Source: Felis catus
Lineage: Eukaryota
DNA length: 64,000 bases
Reading direction: 5' to 3'
Assembly (NCBI RefSeq): GCF_018350175.1
Contig: NC_058368.1
Span: 23,252,001 to 23,316,000 of the forward strand
Shown here: piece by piece, positions 53,293-64,000 of the stretch
Layout of the letters: every line of letters begins with the position of its first letter
How positions within the stretch are numbered: position 1 is the first letter of the stretch
Position numbers and translations under genes: made by a program
The notes under the pieces: generated by a model
The model's input: the letters and a program-made list of their open reading frames with translations, nothing else
Told to the model about the DNA's origin: nothing
Database searches by the model: none

Positions 53293-53816
53293 TCCTAGTG
53301 TATTTTAAAATGTAAAGAAATGCCAAGTTAGGATATTGAAACTTGTGGTATAGTTCACATGTTTAAATGTAATAAGGAAATATCTTTTTTTTCTTAGAGT
53401 TTTAATTTTAATTCCAGTTAACATAAGGTGCTGTATTAGTTTCAGGTGTGCAATATAGTGATTCAATTCCATACATCATCTGGTAGTCATTATGACAAGT
53501 GCCCTCCTCAATCCCCATTACCTATTTAACACATCCTCCCACCCACCTCACCTCTGGTAACCATCAATGTGTTCTCTTTAGTTAAGAGTCTCTTTCTTGG
53601 TTTGTCTCTCTTTCTCCCTCTTTTTCCCCCCATTACTTTGTTTTGTTTTTTAAATTCCACATATAAGTGAAATCATACGGTATTTGTCTTTCTCTGACTT
53701 ATTTTGCATAGAATAATATTCTCTAGTTCCATCCACGTCATGGCAAATGACAAGAATTCATTCCTTTTTATGGCTGTATAATATCCCATTGTATATATAT
53801 ATACCATATCTTCTTT

Positions 53817-53832
53817 TTTTTTAGTTTTTATT

Positions 53833-53867
<35 letters not shown>

Positions 53868-54375
53868 TTATGAAATGTATTGTCAAATTGGTTTCCATAC
53901 AACACCCAGTGCTCATCCCCAAAGGTGCCCTCCTCAATGCCCATCACGCACCCTCACCTCCTTCCCTCCCCCCATCAACCCTCAGTTTGTTCTCAGTTTT
54001 TAAGAGTCTCTTATGTTTTGGCTCCCTCCCTCTCTAACCTTTTTTTTTTTTTTTCTTCCCCTCCCCCATGGTCTTCTGTTAAGTTTCTCATGCTCCACAT
54101 AAGAGTGAAAACATATGGTATTTGTCTTTCTCTGTATGACTTATTTCACTTAGCATAACAGTCTCCAGTTCCATCCATGTTGCTACAAAGGGCCATATTT
54201 CATTCTTTCTCATTGCCACGTAGTATTCCATTGTGTATATAAACCACAATTTCTTTATCCATTCGTCAGTTGATGGACATTTAGGCTCTTTCCATAATTT
54301 AGCTATTGTTAAGAGTGCTGCTATAAACATTGGGGTACAAGTGCCCCTATGCATCAGTACTCCTGTATCCCTTGG
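53817..54375 (-). mobile_element. Young felid L1 3' end nested in the older L1
   Basis: Uninterrupted ORF2 C-terminus (CTPMFIAALLTIAKLWKEPKCPSTDEWIKKLW); TSD tataccatatcttcttt / tataccatgtcttcttt. Confidence 0.93.
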
Positions 54376-57300
54376 TATACCATGTCTTCTTTATCCATTC
54401 ATCAGTTGATGGACACTTGGGATCTTTCCATAATTTGGCTATTGTTGATAATGCTGCTATAAACATTGGGGTGCGTATACTCCTTTGAATTATATTTTTG
54501 TATTCTTTGGGTAAATACCCACTAGTGCAATTGCTGGATTATAGGGTAATTCTATTTTTAACCTCCATACTGTTTTTTAGAGTGACTGCACCAGTTCGTA
54601 TTCCCACCAACAGCGCACAAGGGTTCCTTTTTCTCTACATCCTCACCAACACTTGTTTCTTGTGTTGTTGCCATTCTGACAGGCATGAGGTGATATATCA
54701 TTGTAGTTTTGATTTGTATTTCCCTGATGAGTGATGATGAGCATCGTTTCATGTGTCTGTTGGGCATCTCAGTGTTCTTTGCAGAAATGTCTATTCATGT
54801 GTTCTGCCCAATTTTAATTGGATTATTTGTTTTTTGAGTGTTACAAGTTTTTAAAATATATTTTGGATACTAGCCCTTTTTTGGATAGGTCATTTGCAAA
54901 TACCTTCTGCCATTCTTTGGGTTGCCTTTTAGGTTTGTTGATTGTTTCCTTCACTGTGCAGAGTTCAGAAGAGTTCATTTTTTCACTTGTTTCCCTTGTC
55001 TCAGGGGACCTATCTAGAAAGAAGTTTTTATGGCTGGTGCCAAAAAAGTTACTGCCTGTGTTCTCTTCTAGGATTTTTAAAGTTTCAGGTCTCACGTTTA
55101 GGTCTTTAATCCATGTTGAATTTATTTTTGTTCATGGTGTGAGAGAGTGGTCCAGTTTCATTCTCTTGTATGTTGCTGTCCACGTTTCCCAACACCATTT
55201 GCTGAAGAGACTGTCCTTTTGCCATTGGATATTCTTTCCTGCTTTGTCAAAGATTGATTAACCATACAGTTGTCAGTCCATTTCTGGGTTTTCAATTCTG
55301 TCCGATTGATCTAGGTGTCTGTTTTTGTGACAGTTCCATACTCTTTTGATTACTACAGCCTTGTAACGTAACTTGAAGTCCAGTATTGTGATGCCTTCAG
55401 CTTTGCTTTTCTTTAGGTTGCTTTGGCTATTTTGGGGTCTTTTGTGGTTTCATACAAATTTTAGAATTGTTTGTTCTAGCTCTGTGAAAAATGCTATTGG
55501 TATTTTGATGGGGATGTCATTAAATGTATAGATTGCCTTGACTAGTATAAACTTCTAAACAATATTCTTCAATTCAAGGCATGAAATGTCTTTCTATTTC
55601 TTTGTATCATCTTCAATTTCTTTCATCAGTTTTTTATAGTTTTAGGGTACAGGTCTTTCACCTCCTTGGTTAGGTTTATTCCTAGGTATCTTATTACTTT
55701 TGGTGCAATTGTAAATGGTACTGATTCCTTAATTTCTCTTTCTTCTGCTTTGTTATTGGTGCAACAGAAATGCAACAGATTTCTGTACATTGATTTTGTA
55801 TCCTGCAAATTTGCTGAATTTATCAGTTCTAACGGTTTTTGGTGGAGACTTTCAGGTTTTGTATACATAGTATCATGTCAACTGTAAATGGATCCTTCCT
55901 TGCTGATTTGGATGCCTTTTATTTATTTTTGTCATCTGATTTCTATAGATAGGACTTCCAGTACTATTTTGAATGGAAGTGGTGAGAGTGGAGAGCCTCA
56001 TCTTGTCCCTGACCTTAGGGGAAAAGCTCTCAGTTTTTCCGACATTGAGGATGATGTTTTTTGTGGACTTTTTTCATATATGGCCTTTGTTATGTAGAGG
56101 TGTAAAGTAAGCCTACTTTGTTGAGGGTTTTTTTTTTTTTATCATGAATGGATGTTGTACTTTGCCAAATGCTTTTCTGCATCCATTGGAATAATCGTAT
56201 GGTTCTTAATAACCATATTAAGAACCTTTCGTTAATGTGATGTATCATGTTGATTGATTTGCAAATAGTGAACCATCCTTGTAACCCAGGAATAAATCCC
56301 ACTTGATCGTGATGAATGATTTTTTGAATGTATAGTTGGATTCTCTTTGTTAATATTTTGTTGAGGATTTTTGGATCTATGTTCATCAGAGATGTAGTTC
56401 TCTTTTTCAGTGGTGTCTTTACCTTGTTTTAGTATCAGGGAAATATTTCTTCATAGAATGAATTTGGAAGTTTTCCTTCCTCATATTATTTGGAAAAAGT
56501 TTGAGAAGAACAGGTATTAACTTTTCTTTAAATGTTTGATAGAATTCACTTGTGAAGTCATCTGGTCCTGAACTTTGGTTTGTTGGGAGTCTTTTGATTA
56601 CTGATTCAATTTATTTGCTGGTTATCAGTCTGTTCAAATTTTCTATTTCTTCCTGTTTCAGTTTTGGTAGTTCAGGTGTTTCTAGGAATTTATCCATTTT
56701 TTCTAGGTTGTCCAATTTGTTAGCATGTAGTTTTTCATAATATTCTCTGAATGATTGTATTTCTGTGGTGATGGTTGTTATTTCTCCTTTCTCATTGTGA
56801 TTGTGTTCATTTGGGTACTTTTTTTTTCTTTTTGATACATTTGGCTAGAGGTTTAATTGATTTTTTTCAGAAAACTATCTCTTGGTTTGATCTTTTCTAT
56901 TGTTTTTTAAGTATTTGTATTATTTATTTCTTTTCTAATCTTTGTTGTTTCCTTCCTCCTGCTGGCTTTAGGCTTCATTTGTGTTCTTTTCTCCTCTTGC
57001 TCCTTTAGGTGTAAAGTTAGGTTGATTATTTGAGATTTTTCTTGCTTCTTGAAGTAGGCCTTTATTGCTATAAACTACCCTCTTACAACTGCTTTTGCTA
57101 TATCCCAAAGGTTTTGGACCATTGTATTTTCATTTGTATCCATATACTTTTCAATTTCTTTGATTTTCTGGCTGACCTATTCGTGTTTAGTAGCATGTAA
57201 TTTAACCTCTGTGTATTTGTGGCCTTTCCAGATTTTTTTCTTGTGGTTGATTGCTAGTTTCATAGCACTGTGGTCAGAAAAGATGTATGGCATGTTTAAT

Positions 57301-57405
57301 CTTCTTGAATTTGTTGAGGCTAATATGTAATGTGTTCTGGAGAATGTTTCATGTGCACCTTAAATGAATGTGTATTATGTTTTAGGATGGAATATTCTGA
57401 ATATA

Positions 57406-57653
57406 CAATAAAACCTTGGATTGTGAGTAACTTGTTCTATGAGTGTTCTGCAAGACAAGAAGGCATTTCTAATAAATTTTAACTTAATAAACGAGTGATA
57501 TCTTGTGACATGAGTAGTATGTGAGGCTGAATGTCACATTATCATACCTGAGCCAATGGTTCTTGAAATTTGCTTTGATATGCAAAGCATGATTTGCTTT
57601 GGATTACAAGATGTTTCTGGAATGAATTATGCTCATAAACCAGGGTTTTACTG
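57406..57653 (+). mobile_element. Tc1/mariner-superfamily (pogo/Tigger-like) MITE, 248 bp
   Basis: TA TSD (57404-57405, 57654-57655); TIRs caataaaaccttgg / ccagggttttactg; host L1 resumes on both sides. Confidence 0.9.
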
Positions 57654-57700
57654 TACCTGTCAAATCCATCTGGTCCACTGTGTCATTGAAAGCTGTTTCC

Positions 57701-57917
57701 AGGTTGCCTGGGTGGCTCAGTCAGTTAAGCGTCTGGCTTCTGATCATTCATGATCTCCCAGTCCATGGGTTCAAGCCCCATGTTGGGCTCTGTGTTGACA
57801 GCTCAGAGCCTGAAGCCTGCTCCAGATTCTATGTCTCCCTTTTTTTCTGCCCCTCTCCTGCTCATACTCTGTCTCTCTCTCAAAATAAACATTAAAAAAA
57901 ATTAAAAAGAAAAAAAA
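57701..57917 (+). mobile_element. CAN-SINE nested in L1
   Basis: TSD gaaagctgtt on both sides. Confidence 0.9.
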
Positions 57918-58820
57918 GAAAGCTGTTGTTGATTGTCTGTTTAAATGATTAGTCCATTGATGTAGTGGGGTGTTAAAGTCTTCTATTATTATTATCAGTT
58001 TCTTTTTTGTTTGTTGTTAACTGTTCTGTGTATTTGGGCGCTCCTATGTTGAATGCATAAATATTTCCAATTATTATATCTTCTGGTTGAATTGTCCCAT
58101 AAGGAAATACCTTAACACATGAAAATATAATTATTTTTGTCCTAAAATACTTACCAAATTAATAAAACATTAACCATTATTTTTTATAATACAAAATGGT
58201 GATTATTTTTAATCAGTGGAGAAAATATGGTTAATTCAATAAATGGTGTTGAATTATACTAACTAAAAATAAATTCACTGGGGGCACCTGCATGGCTCTC
58301 TCGGTTGAGTGTATGACTCTTGATTTCGGCTCAGATGATCTCACTGTTTGTGAGTTTGAGCCCTGCATCAGGCTCTGCGCTGACAGTGTGGAGCCTGCTT
58401 GGGATTCTCTCTCTCTCCCTCACTCTCTGCCCCTCCCCCACTCATGCTCTCTCTCAAAATAAATAAACTTAAAAAAAAAATCCACAATGGAGCAATTTAA
58501 ATCTGATCAATGAAATCATAAAAGTACTTGGAAAAAAAGCCACCATGTTCATAGATAAAAAGAACAGATTGGTGGTTGCCCTGAGGCAAAAAGTGGTGGG
58601 GAGGTGGGTGAAATGGGTGAGGAAGACAAAAGCTACAACTGTCTAGTTGTAAAATAAGTCCTAGGAATGTAATGTACAGCATGGAAAATATAATTAATAC
58701 TATATTGCATATCTGAAAGTTGCTAAGAGAGTAGATCTTAAAGTTCTCATCATGAGAAAAAAAGTTACGTATATATGATGATGGATGTTAAATAGACTTA
58801 TGGTGATCATTTTACAAATC

Positions 58821-60285
58821 CGGTAAAACCTTGGATTGTGAGTAATTTGTTCTGCGAGTGTTCTGCAAGATGAGCAAATATTTCTTATAAATTTTAACTT
58901 GATAAGTGATATCTTGCAATATGAGTAGTACGTGAGGCTGATTGTCACATGATCACAACTGAGCCAATGGTTCCTCCCTCCCTCCCTCCCTCTCTCTCTC
59001 TTGCTTGTTGTGGGATTGTGGGTGATGGTCTCCCACGCTCAGATGCTGGGTCTCAAGCTGCAGTGTTTGGCAGTAATCAGTGATTTTTCAGAACGTGGGA
59101 AGGTGACCACAACTGGCACTAGTGTATTTTTTGTCACTTCAAAGCCCTTTGCTTGCCCCTTTGAAGTCCTTTGCTTTTCCATACAAGAGTAAGGTTAGGA
59201 ATGCTTTGCTTGGTTAGGCTGCCTGCAGATATAGACCCTTCCCTCTGCTGTATTTTTTTTTTCAACGTTTATTTATTTTTGGGACAGAGAGAGACAGAGC
59301 ATGAATGGGGGAGGGGCAGAGAGAGAGGGAGACACAGAATCGGAAACAGGCTCCAGGCTCTGAGCCATCAGCCCAGAGCCCGACGCGGGGCTCGAACTCA
59401 TGGACCGCGAGATCGTGACCTGGCTGAAATCGGACACTTAACCGACTGTGCCACCCAGGCGCCCCAGCCTTCTGCTGTCTTATTGCCAGTTACATTAAAT
59501 ACAGTATATGACAAGAGTTTCTTAATACTGTACTGTAGTCAACATCCGTGCGAGCATATACGATGGCCCCATGCAGAAAAAGGTTGAAAAGAAAGGTGGT
59601 AAGAAGGAGATGATTGTGGTGAAAGTTAAGAAGGAAATCATTGAGAAGTTCGAACGAAGTATACAGGTGGCCAAGATTGCAAGATTTTATGAGAAGTCTG
59701 CATCTGCATCTTGTCTGCAGAGGAGGAGGAGAAAAAGAAGAATCCCTCACTTCAAATAAGATAAGGGAGATGTATAAAATGTGGGAGACAGTGCAAAATT
59801 TTATGGAAAAGCACCACCCGGATAACGCTGTAGCAATGTGAGTGATGAATCTGTTTAACGACAATGCAATGTCACATTTCTGCAAAATCCTCAAAAGGAG
59901 GCAAAAACAAGTGTTATTGGACAGGTTCCTTGTTAAAGTTGCATGAAAAGAAAAAGATTCCATTGAGCCAATAGATAGCAGTGATTCTGTTAGTGATAGT
60001 GAAAGTTGTCCTACACAATAACTCTTCTCTCTGTCTCCCTCACACCAGCCATAAAGGTTTTAAAAGGTAAGTGCAGGTTTTTATTTTTCTTTATATTTTG
60101 TATTTTCCTTATTATTTTGTATTCTATTACAGTATTGTAATCATTTTTATATGAATATTTTTAGGTTGTGGAAGGAATCAGAGTTTCTATTATTTCTTAT
60201 GGGGAAATTTGCTTTGCTATACAAGTGAATTAGATTACAAGCATATATCTGGAATGAGTTTTGCTTACAAACCAAGGTTTTACCG
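58821..60285 (+). mobile_element. Internally deleted pogo/Tigger-like DNA transposon with transposase relics
   Basis: Perfect 14-bp TIR cggtaaaaccttgg / ccaaggttttaccg (about 22 bp imperfect); TA at right flank. Relic N-terminal HTH (KKEMIVVKVKKEIIEKFERSIQVAKIARFYEKS) and C-terminus (NLFNDNAMSHFCKILKRRQKQVLLDRFL). Confidence 0.88.
59252..59465 (-). mobile_element. Young felid CAN-SINE nested in the DNA transposon
   Basis: Near-identical to the copies at 36846, 45190 and 46260. Confidence 0.95.
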
Positions 60286-62636
60286 TATATACAAATATTG
60301 AATCATGTTATACACCTGAAAGAAACAATGTTGTCAATTATACCTGAATTTAAAAAAATGAAAGTAACCAAGAAAACTATGGGAGAATTTAAAAAAAATA
60401 TCATCTTGGTGGGCAAAGACGTAAGCATGACACAAAACCTAGAAGCTGAAAAGATATTGCTAATGTATTTAAATAAATGAAAGTATAAAATTCCTGCAAG
60501 GTAAAACTTTTATAATCAAAGTCAAAAGACCACAAAAGAGAAAAAAAATGTGCAACTCATATCATAGACTTGCTGATGTCTCTAATATATGAAGAGCTCC
60601 TATAATTCAATGGGAGAGCAACAAACCCATAGGAAAATGGGCAAAAGTCATAAACTAATAGTTTAAGGTAGAGGAAGTGGAAGTGGCTCAAACATAAATA
60701 AGTGCCCAACCTTACTCCTTATAAGAGAATGCAAGTTGAAATATCACGAGGATATAACTTTTCACCTATTACAGTGCAAAGTATGAAAATGTTTGCTAAG
60801 GCTGTTAGAGAAGGCATGGGAGATAGACACTCTTTTAGATTGATGGTGGGCATAGAAGCTCCATGGAGACCCATTTGCAAGCATGGATGTATAGTACAAG
60901 TGTAAGTACCTTTTGGTCTGCATGTGCCACTTCTAGAACTTTATAGTTACACTCAATACAAGTATAGCATGACAGATATATGAGATCCCTCATTGCAGCA
61001 CAGTAGAGAATATCGAAAGCAGTTACATGTCTACTAAGGAGATGAATTCAATAAAATATTACAAATGTGTACAATGGAACATTACACAACCATTAAAATG
61101 AAGTAGATCTTGGGGCGCCTGAGTGGCTCAGGTCACGATTTCATGGTTCCTGAGTTCGAGCTCCACATCGGCCTCGCTGCTGTTAGCACAGAGCCTGTTT
61201 CGGATCCTCTGTCCCCCCCCCCCCCCCCACCTGCTTATGCTCTCGCAAAATATAAACATTAAAAATTAAAAAAAAATGAAGTAGATCTTTATATACAGAT
61301 ATGGAATACGCTCCAAAATATATTGTTAAGGAAAAATAAAAATCAAAAACAAACTATGTGCAGAGCAATTTGTTGAGCATGTTTCCACTTTAAGAATGTG
61401 TTATCCATGTAATATGCACACATATGCCCATTGTTGCCTGCAGATGTATAGTCTATCCCTGAAGCTCACAGACAAAATCTCCCAGGAGAGTAGGAGGGTT
61501 CCTGGGAGACAGAGACGGGAAGGAGGTCTTTCACTGTGTTGCATTTGAACTTTCTAAATTTGTATATCATTAGCATGAATTATGAATTTAATAAATTGGA
61601 AAAATTGTGCACTCAGAAGTCTTATTAATTTTATAAGTATTTTAGGACAAAAACAACTATATTTTCATGTGTTAAGATATTTCCTATAATGGGACACCAG
61701 CATAGATTTTTAAATTGCACCCCCCACCCCAACCTGACTAGAACTGGGACAGGTCCTGGAAGTCTTCAGAACCATTTCCCCTTATTTTGCTCTTCACCCC
61801 TGGGTGATATCTGAAGGTCACTTTATAATGATACTACATGGTTCTGTTACATTTAATAGCTTCCAAATTTAGAAGATGCTGCCATTCTAACAGAGAAGGA
61901 TACCAGGACCCAGAGAGAGATTTTCTGCTTAAAGGGAAGCCTTCTTTTCTCCTAAGAAAAGGTAGGTAGGTAGATGAAATTGCGCAGGTAGATGAAATTG
62001 CTTTAGTGGTGATAGGAATAGAGAGCTGAACCTTACGATTTTTTTTCTGATAGATTTTTTGAATCAGGCAGCTGTTTTTCATGCATTATAAATGACTTTT
62101 TTTTTAAAAGCTTTCATCCTTCGTTTCTCCGTCATTTCCTTTCTCCCATCCCTTCTTCCTTTTCTCTCTTTGTTCCTATATAAATCTATTTTGCAAGTAG
62201 GTGCTGTTGGAAGTTCTATTTGCCTGTGATAGCCAAATCACAGCCCCCGTTTGGTGGCACAGGAATTCCCTACAAAAAGATTCTGCAGACTGAAACTTAA
62301 ACTGTCAGGACTTTTGTTTGCTAATTCTTTTTTAAAATTATAAAGCTGTGCTAATTATCTCAAGATCAAACTCTGCACCTGGCTTCATTCTAGAGATGTT
62401 AGCTCCCAAATCTACAACTTTAGCTCTGGGGTCTCTCGTGAGTTATGGATGCATGTTTGTCTCCAACAGAGGTCACGATCTACGTTTCAACTGCAAACCT
62501 CTTCCCCCTTTTTTTCTATATTGGCTAGTGATGTGTGAGTTCTTCTAGTGCAATTGAAGCAAGCCCAAGGAGGCCAGCATTCTTTTTGTTGAAATACAGA
62601 CTCTGATCCAATAGGTCTAGAAGGGTTCTTCATTTC

Positions 62637-62722
62637 TTTTTTTTAAATAAAATTTAATTTTATTATTTATTTGTTTTAATATGAAATTTATTGTCAAATT
62701 GGTTTCCATACAACACCCAGTG
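62637..62722 (-). mobile_element. Very short young L1 3' fragment
   Basis: aatatgaaatttattgtcaaattggtttccatacaacacccagtg then an abrupt end; no TSD found. Confidence 0.85.
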
Positions 62723-64000
62723 GGGAGAGCACTCTGCTGCTGATTGTCTCTATTGTAATATCTTGTTTATTCACAGTCCAGAGTTATGTTCCTTATTTGT
62801 TTACTTGTTTATTGTCTCCCCCACTGAATACAAACTCTATGAAGTTAGTCTTATTTCTATTGTATGTACTGCATGCCTCTTACTGCCTGGCATTTAATAG
62901 TGGCTAAACATAGAATGATACATGAATGAATGAACTTACTGAAGAGACTGTCATGGGAACTGACTCCAGCTGGAAGGGTTCTTATTTAGCAGATTGTTGA
63001 TGGAAATACTCAGCTGTCAATGGCAACTGAGATGAAAGGTTAAGAGAAGTTAAGAGCATGAATGGAGGGTGGGCAGCAGTTGTTAATTGAACCTGTTGCA
63101 AGAAAGGAGTAACGGTTTAAGCGATAAGCGGATAATATCAGGGTTTAGGAATCTAGTATTAAAATTCTGAGTATTCTTGCTATGCAACTCCTTGTGTATC
63201 ATAGACATGTTGGTAGCCTGGACAAATGATATCAATGTTCATGTTCAAGTTCTTTGGAATGTCATTGAAGAGTTCAAAAGCTTACTATTAGCTCTTTTAT
63301 CTAGACTCATTTCCCAAATTATTCTCCCTCTTCTTTCCAAGATTTGGCTACATTGCTCACCAAGCCATTGTCTTCCAAGCGCTCATTACACTTACCATCT
63401 GTTGATCTGCCCTCTTATTGAAATCCTACACATTTTTCTGGATCAGCCCACATGCCACCTTCTCCTTGAAGCCATCTTTAAGGCTATTGATATTATTTCC
63501 CTTTTCTGTACTGCTTTGACACTTCAGTTATAATCCTTAACGCATTTTGCCTAGTCACCAGTGTGTAGTGTATCACCTCAAGGAGATTAGAATCTCATTA
63601 AGGGCAGGTCCTAGTCTTCTTAATCTGTATGTCCTCCGTAGTGCATTATAGTGTTGTTATATATAGTTGGTGCTCAATATATATAGTTGGTTGAAAATGA
63701 TGCGTACTAAAAGAATGGTGAAACTGTACATTGATAGATGGAGGTTATAACTTTTCACAGCTCATTCATAGACTTCCTTTTCTGACCATAACTGAGGGAC
63801 TGGATTTGAGACCATCTCCCAAGTAATTACAAAGCTGAAAAAAATACATGAAACACTTGTTTTCAGCCATTAGACAACAGGAGACACAGGGTTGTGATTC
63901 TTGAGAGAAGGGAAATGGATGAGAGGAGCCCTGTGATCACTGCAGTTTTTTTCCTGGTGGCTCTTTCCTCATCATAAAGCTGAGTGGTTGTGTGTTGATC

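Larger units (their letters stand above)
53387..58098 (-). mobile_element. 5'-truncated carnivore-type L1 (3' UTR + most of ORF2, decayed) hosting three younger insertions
   Basis: ORF2 relics [12 protein letters not shown]...[19 protein letters not shown] and YLGINLTKEVKDLY; TSD ataaggaaatatctt (53372-53386) / ataaggaaatacctt (58099-58113). Confidence 0.95.
58190..61605 (+). mobile_element. Old L1M relic with nested SINEs (58280-58480, 61112-61272) and an L1MA-type 3' end (~58540-60358)
   Basis: A-rich decayed ORF2/3' UTR motifs (ttcaataaatggtgttg, aaaatgggcaaaag, ccacttctagaacttta). The SINE at 61112 has TSD aaaatgaagtagatctt. Confidence 0.7.

Noticed and set aside
59571..59945. Domesticated transposase gene (TIGD/CENP-B-like)
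   Set aside because: DDE domain absent, frames broken and in-frame stops present; still bounded by TIRs, so a non-autonomous relic.

Overview
Mammalian genomic DNA, almost certainly from a cat or related feliform, judged by abundant tRNA-derived CAN-SINEs and felid-type L1 3' ends. Bases 436-12473 hold the last six coding exons of SUCLA2 (ADP-forming succinyl-CoA ligase beta subunit, + strand). All have GT-AG junctions and consistent phases, and the 3' UTR runs to about 13.2 kb. The remaining ~51 kb shows no recognisable gene and is a mosaic of SINEs, L1s, MaLR/ERV LTRs, DNA transposons, MIR/L2 relics and microsatellites. I find no support for a new protein-coding system. The notable signals are structural: (1) a head-to-head double-L1 insertion carrying a likely ~510-bp 3' transduction; (2) a pogo/Tigger-like transposon with transposase relics, plus its MITE nested in a carnivore-era L1; (3) a ~76-bp inverted duplication bracketing 3.45 kb, a possible inversion scar; (4) a SINE-SINE unequal-crossover tandem duplication; (5) a twin-primed L1; (6) a solo LTR with a 6-bp TSD. 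Repeat family names come from recalled consensus sequences, not a database search, and boundaries without a TSD are approximate.
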